The notes beneath the pieces are model-generated. The model did no database searches. It had not been told where the DNA came from and saw nothing but the letters and a program-made list of their open reading frames with translations. DNA of 64,000 nt, from the NCBI GenBank assembly GCA_902560725.1, contig CACEMR010000007.1, forward strand, positions 1,995 through 65,994. The letters are read 5' to 3'. Shown in pieces: positions 60,851 through 64,000 of this stretch. Made by a program: the position numbers and the translations under genes. Source of the DNA: an uncultured Alphaproteobacteria bacterium (GTDB taxonomy: Bacteria; Pseudomonadota; Alphaproteobacteria; HIMB59; GCA-002718135). Numbering within the stretch: position 1 is the first letter of the stretch; the number at the start of each line of letters is the position of its first letter.

Positions 60851-62890
60851 TTATGCTACCTTCTTTAAAATATCTTTGGTACACAAAGCCATAGTCTCAG
60901 AAGATCTAGATATAGAATCGTTCATATAAAAATTTGAAATGTTATAATTAATTTTAATATCGTTAATTTTATTAATTTTTCCAAAACTAAGATCTTTTTT
61001 TAAATTAAGTTCATTTAAAGATAAAAATTGATTATAATTGTTAGTGAGTTCATTTCTTAACTCTCTAAGATTGTTAAATTTTAGTTTTTGATTAATTAAA
61101 TCACTTAGTACTCTAAATACTTTCCACTCATCTTTAGCTTCACCCAAAGGATTATGACATTTACTTGTCTGTATAACTCTTCCTTCTATGTTCATATATG
61201 TTGAACTTTTTTCAGTATAAGCAGGAGTTGGGAGTATAACGTCTGCTTTGGAGGCTCCTATATCTCCATGATGACCGAGATAAACCACAAAAGCATTTTC
61301 AAGAGTAGAAAAATCAATTTCATCTAAACTCATTAAAAAAACAACTGGCCTATTGTTATCTATATGTTTTTTTAAGCCTAAATTATAATCTTTATCAAAA
61401 TTTTTATTTATAAACTTAAGCTCTAAAGCACCAACTCGGGAAATATCTTGGTGAAGAACATTTAGTGGATTTACATCTTTATTTTTTTGGATTTTTTTTG
61501 CAAGTGCTGCTAAAGTTTCTAAAATTTTAGAACCAAATTGATTATTTATTGCTGAGGTACCAATAATTATAAGTGGATTTTTTGCATTATCTAAAACTTT
61601 GTTAAAGTCTGATTGGTTATTTGAAAGATCATTTAGATATTCTAAAGAATCTGATAGATGTTGATAGTTATAAGTAAGATCTAATTTAGGTCCAATAATT
61701 CCAATTTTACAATCATTCTCAATGTATGCTTTTCGTATTCTTGCATTTAAAACTGCTGCTTCCCACCTAGGATTAGATCCGATTAAAAGAATTGCATCAG
61801 CATTTTCAATTTCTTGTATAGAAGAATTAAATTTAAAACTTTCATTTGATTTTTCAACAAATTGAGCATTATCAAATCTGCAATCATAATATGGTGAATT
61901 TAGAGACTCACTAAATTTTTTAGCAGAATATAAAGTTTCAACATCTGTAAATTTTCCAGATAAAAATACAGTATTTTCTCTTCCTCTATTAATTATTTGA
62001 TCTTTAACTATAGTAAATGCATCATTCCAAGAGGATTTTTTAAGTTTGCCTTCTATTTTAGAATAAACATTATCAAGTCTTTGACTTGAAAGGCCATCAA
62101 TAGCAAACCTTGTTTTATCACTGATCCATTCTTCATTAGTTTCTTCATTAATTCTTGGTAAAACCCTTAAAACTTTTTTTCCCCTGGTATCTATTCTAAT
62201 GCTTGAACCTACACCATCAAATACATCAAAAGTTTCTGTTTTAGTAAGTTCCCAAGGTCTAGATTTAAATGCGTAAGGCTTGCTAGTTAGTGCCCCTACA
62301 GGGCATAAATCTATAACATTTCCTGATAACTCAGACTCAATTGTTTTTTCAAGATAGGTAGTGATTTCTGCACTCTCACCTCTACCAAGCAAACCTATAT
62401 CATCCACTCCTGCCACTTCAGTTGAAAATCTAACACATCTTGTGCAATGAATGCATCTTGTCATTATAGTTTTAACAAGAGGTCCCATATTTTTATTTTG
62501 AACTGCTCTTTTATTTTCCTCATACCTTGTTTTGTCAAAACCGTAATACATAGCTTGATCTTGTAAATCACATTCCCCTCCTTGATCACAAATTGGGCAA
62601 TCTAAAGGATGATTAATAAGTAAAAATTCCATAACTCCTTTTCGTGCTTTTTGTACTGTTTTGGTATTGGTTTTAATAACCATTCCATCGGCTGCTGGCA
62701 TTGCGCATGAAGCAATAGGCTTTGGAGCTTTTTCCATTTCAACTAAACACATTCTACAATTTCCAGCTATTGAAAGTTTTTCATGATAACAGAATCTAGG
62801 AATCTCAGTTCCAGCTAGCTCACATGCTTGCATTACAGTCATGCCATTTTCAAATTCATATTCTTTTTGATCAATAGTTATTTTTGGCAT
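60851..62890 (-). CDS. nuoG: NADH-quinone oxidoreductase subunit G
   Basis: [48 protein letters not shown]. Confidence 0.98.
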   Translation of the reverse strand: MPKITIDQKEYEFENGMTVMQACELAGTEIPRFCYHEKLSIAGNCRMCLVEMEKAPKPIASCAMPAADGMVIKTNTKTVQKARKGVMEFLLINHPLDCPICDQGGECDLQDQAMYYGFDKTRYEENKRAVQNKNMGPLVKTIMTRCIHCTRCVRFSTEVAGVDDIGLLGRGESAEITTYLEKTIESELSGNVIDLCPVGALTSKPYAFKSRPWELTKTETFDVFDGVGSSIRIDTRGKKVLRVLPRINEETNEEWISDKTRFAIDGLSSQRLDNVYSKIEGKLKKSSWNDAFTIVKDQIINRGRENTVFLSGKFTDVETLYSAKKFSESLNSPYYDCRFDNAQFVEKSNESFKFNSSIQEIENADAILLIGSNPRWEAAVLNARIRKAYIENDCKIGIIGPKLDLTYNYQHLSDSLEYLNDLSNNQSDFNKVLDNAKNPLIIIGTSAINNQFGSKILETLAALAKKIQKNKDVNPLNVLHQDISRVGALELKFINKNFDKDYNLGLKKHIDNNRPVVFLMSLDEIDFSTLENAFVVYLGHHGDIGASKADVILPTPAYTEKSSTYMNIEGRVIQTSKCHNPLGEAKDEWKVFRVLSDLINQKLKFNNLRELRNELTNNYNQFLSLNELNLKKDLSFGKINKINDIKINYNISNFYMNDSISRSSETMALCTKDILKKVA

Positions 62891-64000
62891 TATGCGACTC
62901 TTCGCTTTCTTTCTTCAATTCTTTTTTCAATTTCTGGTCTAAAATGCCTAAACAAACCCTGAATAGGCCAAGCCGCAGCATCTCCAAGAGCACATATAGT
63001 GTGCCCTTCTATTTGTTTTGATACATCTAAAAGTTTGTCGATATCTTGATGTTGTACATTTCCATGTATCATTTTTTCCATCATTCGGTACATCCACCCA
63101 GTTCCCTCTCTACAAGGTGTGCACTGACCACAACTTTCATGTTTATAAAAATGAGATAATCTTGCAATAGCTTCTACAATATCAGTAGATTTATTCATTA
63201 CAATTACAGCTGCAGTTCCCAAACCACTTTGAACTTCTTTGAGACTATCAAAATCCATTTTAACTGTGTCACAAATTGACTTAGGCAATAATGGTACGCT
63301 TGCGCCACCTGGTATAACTGCTAATAAATTATCCCATCCTCCAATTACACCGCCTGCATGATTTTCAATAAGTTCTTTGAGAGGAATGCCCATTTCTTCT
63401 TCTATATTACATGGATTATTTACATGGCCTGAAATACTAAATATTTTTGTACCAGTATTATTTGGATTACCTAAACCAGCAAACCACTTTGAGCCACGTC
63501 TTAAGATTGTTGGTGAGACAGCAATTGTTTCAACATTTGTTACAGTAGTTGGGCAACCATATAAACCTGCACCTGCAGGAAAAGGAGGTTTTAACCTAGG
63601 TTGACCCTTTTTACCTTCTAAGCTCTCTAGTAATGCTGTTTCTTCTCCACATATATATGCTCCAGCTCCTCTATGAAGATAAATATCAAAATCCCATCCT
63701 GTGCCACATGCATTTTTACCAATTAAATTATTTGAATAAGCCTCATCTATAGCCTTTTGTAAGTTAGATGATTCAGAATAGTATTCACCTCTTATATAAA
63801 TATAGCAAGAGTGGGCACGCATAGCAAAGCTTGCAACTAAACAACCTTCAAGTAATAGATGTGGATCATTTCTCATAATCTCTCGATCTTTACAAGTTCC
63901 AGGTTCTGACTCATCAGCATTTACAACTAAGTAATGATCTTGCCCAGAATCTTTTGGCATGAAAGACCACTTTAAACCTGCAGGAAAGCCTGCTCCACCT
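62890..64000 (-). CDS. nuoF: NADH-quinone oxidoreductase subunit F, 5'-truncated by window edge
   Basis: The frame continues to the window end ([14 protein letters not shown]); [40 protein letters not shown]. Confidence 0.98.
   Translation of the reverse strand, partial: GGAGFPAGLKWSFMPKDSGQDHYLVVNADESEPGTCKDREIMRNDPHLLLEGCLVASFAMRAHSCYIYIRGEYYSESSNLQKAIDEAYSNNLIGKNACGTGWDFDIYLHRGAGAYICGEETALLESLEGKKGQPRLKPPFPAGAGLYGCPTTVTNVETIAVSPTILRRGSKWFAGLGNPNNTGTKIFSISGHVNNPCNIEEEMGIPLKELIENHAGGVIGGWDNLLAVIPGGASVPLLPKSICDTVKMDFDSLKEVQSGLGTAAVIVMNKSTDIVEAIARLSHFYKHESCGQCTPCREGTGWMYRMMEKMIHGNVQHQDIDKLLDVSKQIEGHTICALGDAAAWPIQGLFRHFRPEIEKRIEERKRRVA

Noticed and set aside
398-63604. Many 60-115 aa alternative-frame or antisense ORFs (e.g. 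398-613, 1794-2138, 16779-17090, 34753-35022, 43023-43325, 63377-63604)
   Set aside because: They lie within well-supported core genes, show no recognisable motifs and have the biased composition of shadow ORFs.
1-64000. rRNA, tRNA, CRISPR arrays, IS elements, integrases, prophage, inteins
   Set aside because: Nearly all the sequence is taken up by core CDS, and the spacers are under about 100 nt with no cloverleaf, repeat-spacer or terminal-repeat structure; checked by eye only.

Overview
A very AT-rich, extremely compact stretch of core chromosome from a streamlined alphaproteobacterium (probably marine; low GC judged by eye, not computed). About 64 CDS are packed with 0-60 bp spacers or overlaps, in recognisable alphaproteobacterial gene blocks: pepC and transport/oxidoreductase genes; ntrY-ntrX-trkA-dat; ispDF-pgpA-cinA; tpiA-secG-pyrG-kdsA-eno-ftsB-pdhABC-lipA-ratA; ppiD-trp-moaC-lexA-gltX-gltA; rpsB-tsf-pyrH-frr-uppS-cdsA-dxr-bamA-skp-lpxD-fabZ-lpxA-lpxI-lpxB; and nuoF-N-birA-coaX-rnj-DUF1467-proS-lolC/E-lolD-dnaE. 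I saw no rRNA, tRNA, CRISPR array, IS element, prophage or intein, and no new multi-gene system. Two things stand out. (1) An in-frame trpE::trpG deletion fusion joined at a shared Glu-Ser (GAATCT) microhomology. It removes anthranilate synthase but leaves trpD and trpC intact and translationally coupled; it could be a real deletion or an amplification/assembly chimera. (2) A near-leaderless pyrG promoter with the T6-C7-C8-G9 start-site layout of enteric pyrC and an 8-bp hairpin that hides the AUG only in C-initiated transcripts, suggesting CTP-sensing start-site switching. Smaller findings are a Walker-B-dead NtrX, tandem LexA boxes, a minimal S2 (t44-like) leader, and clean losses of usual block members (dusB-ntrBC, hfq-hflX, lpdA, moeA, rseP, mce).
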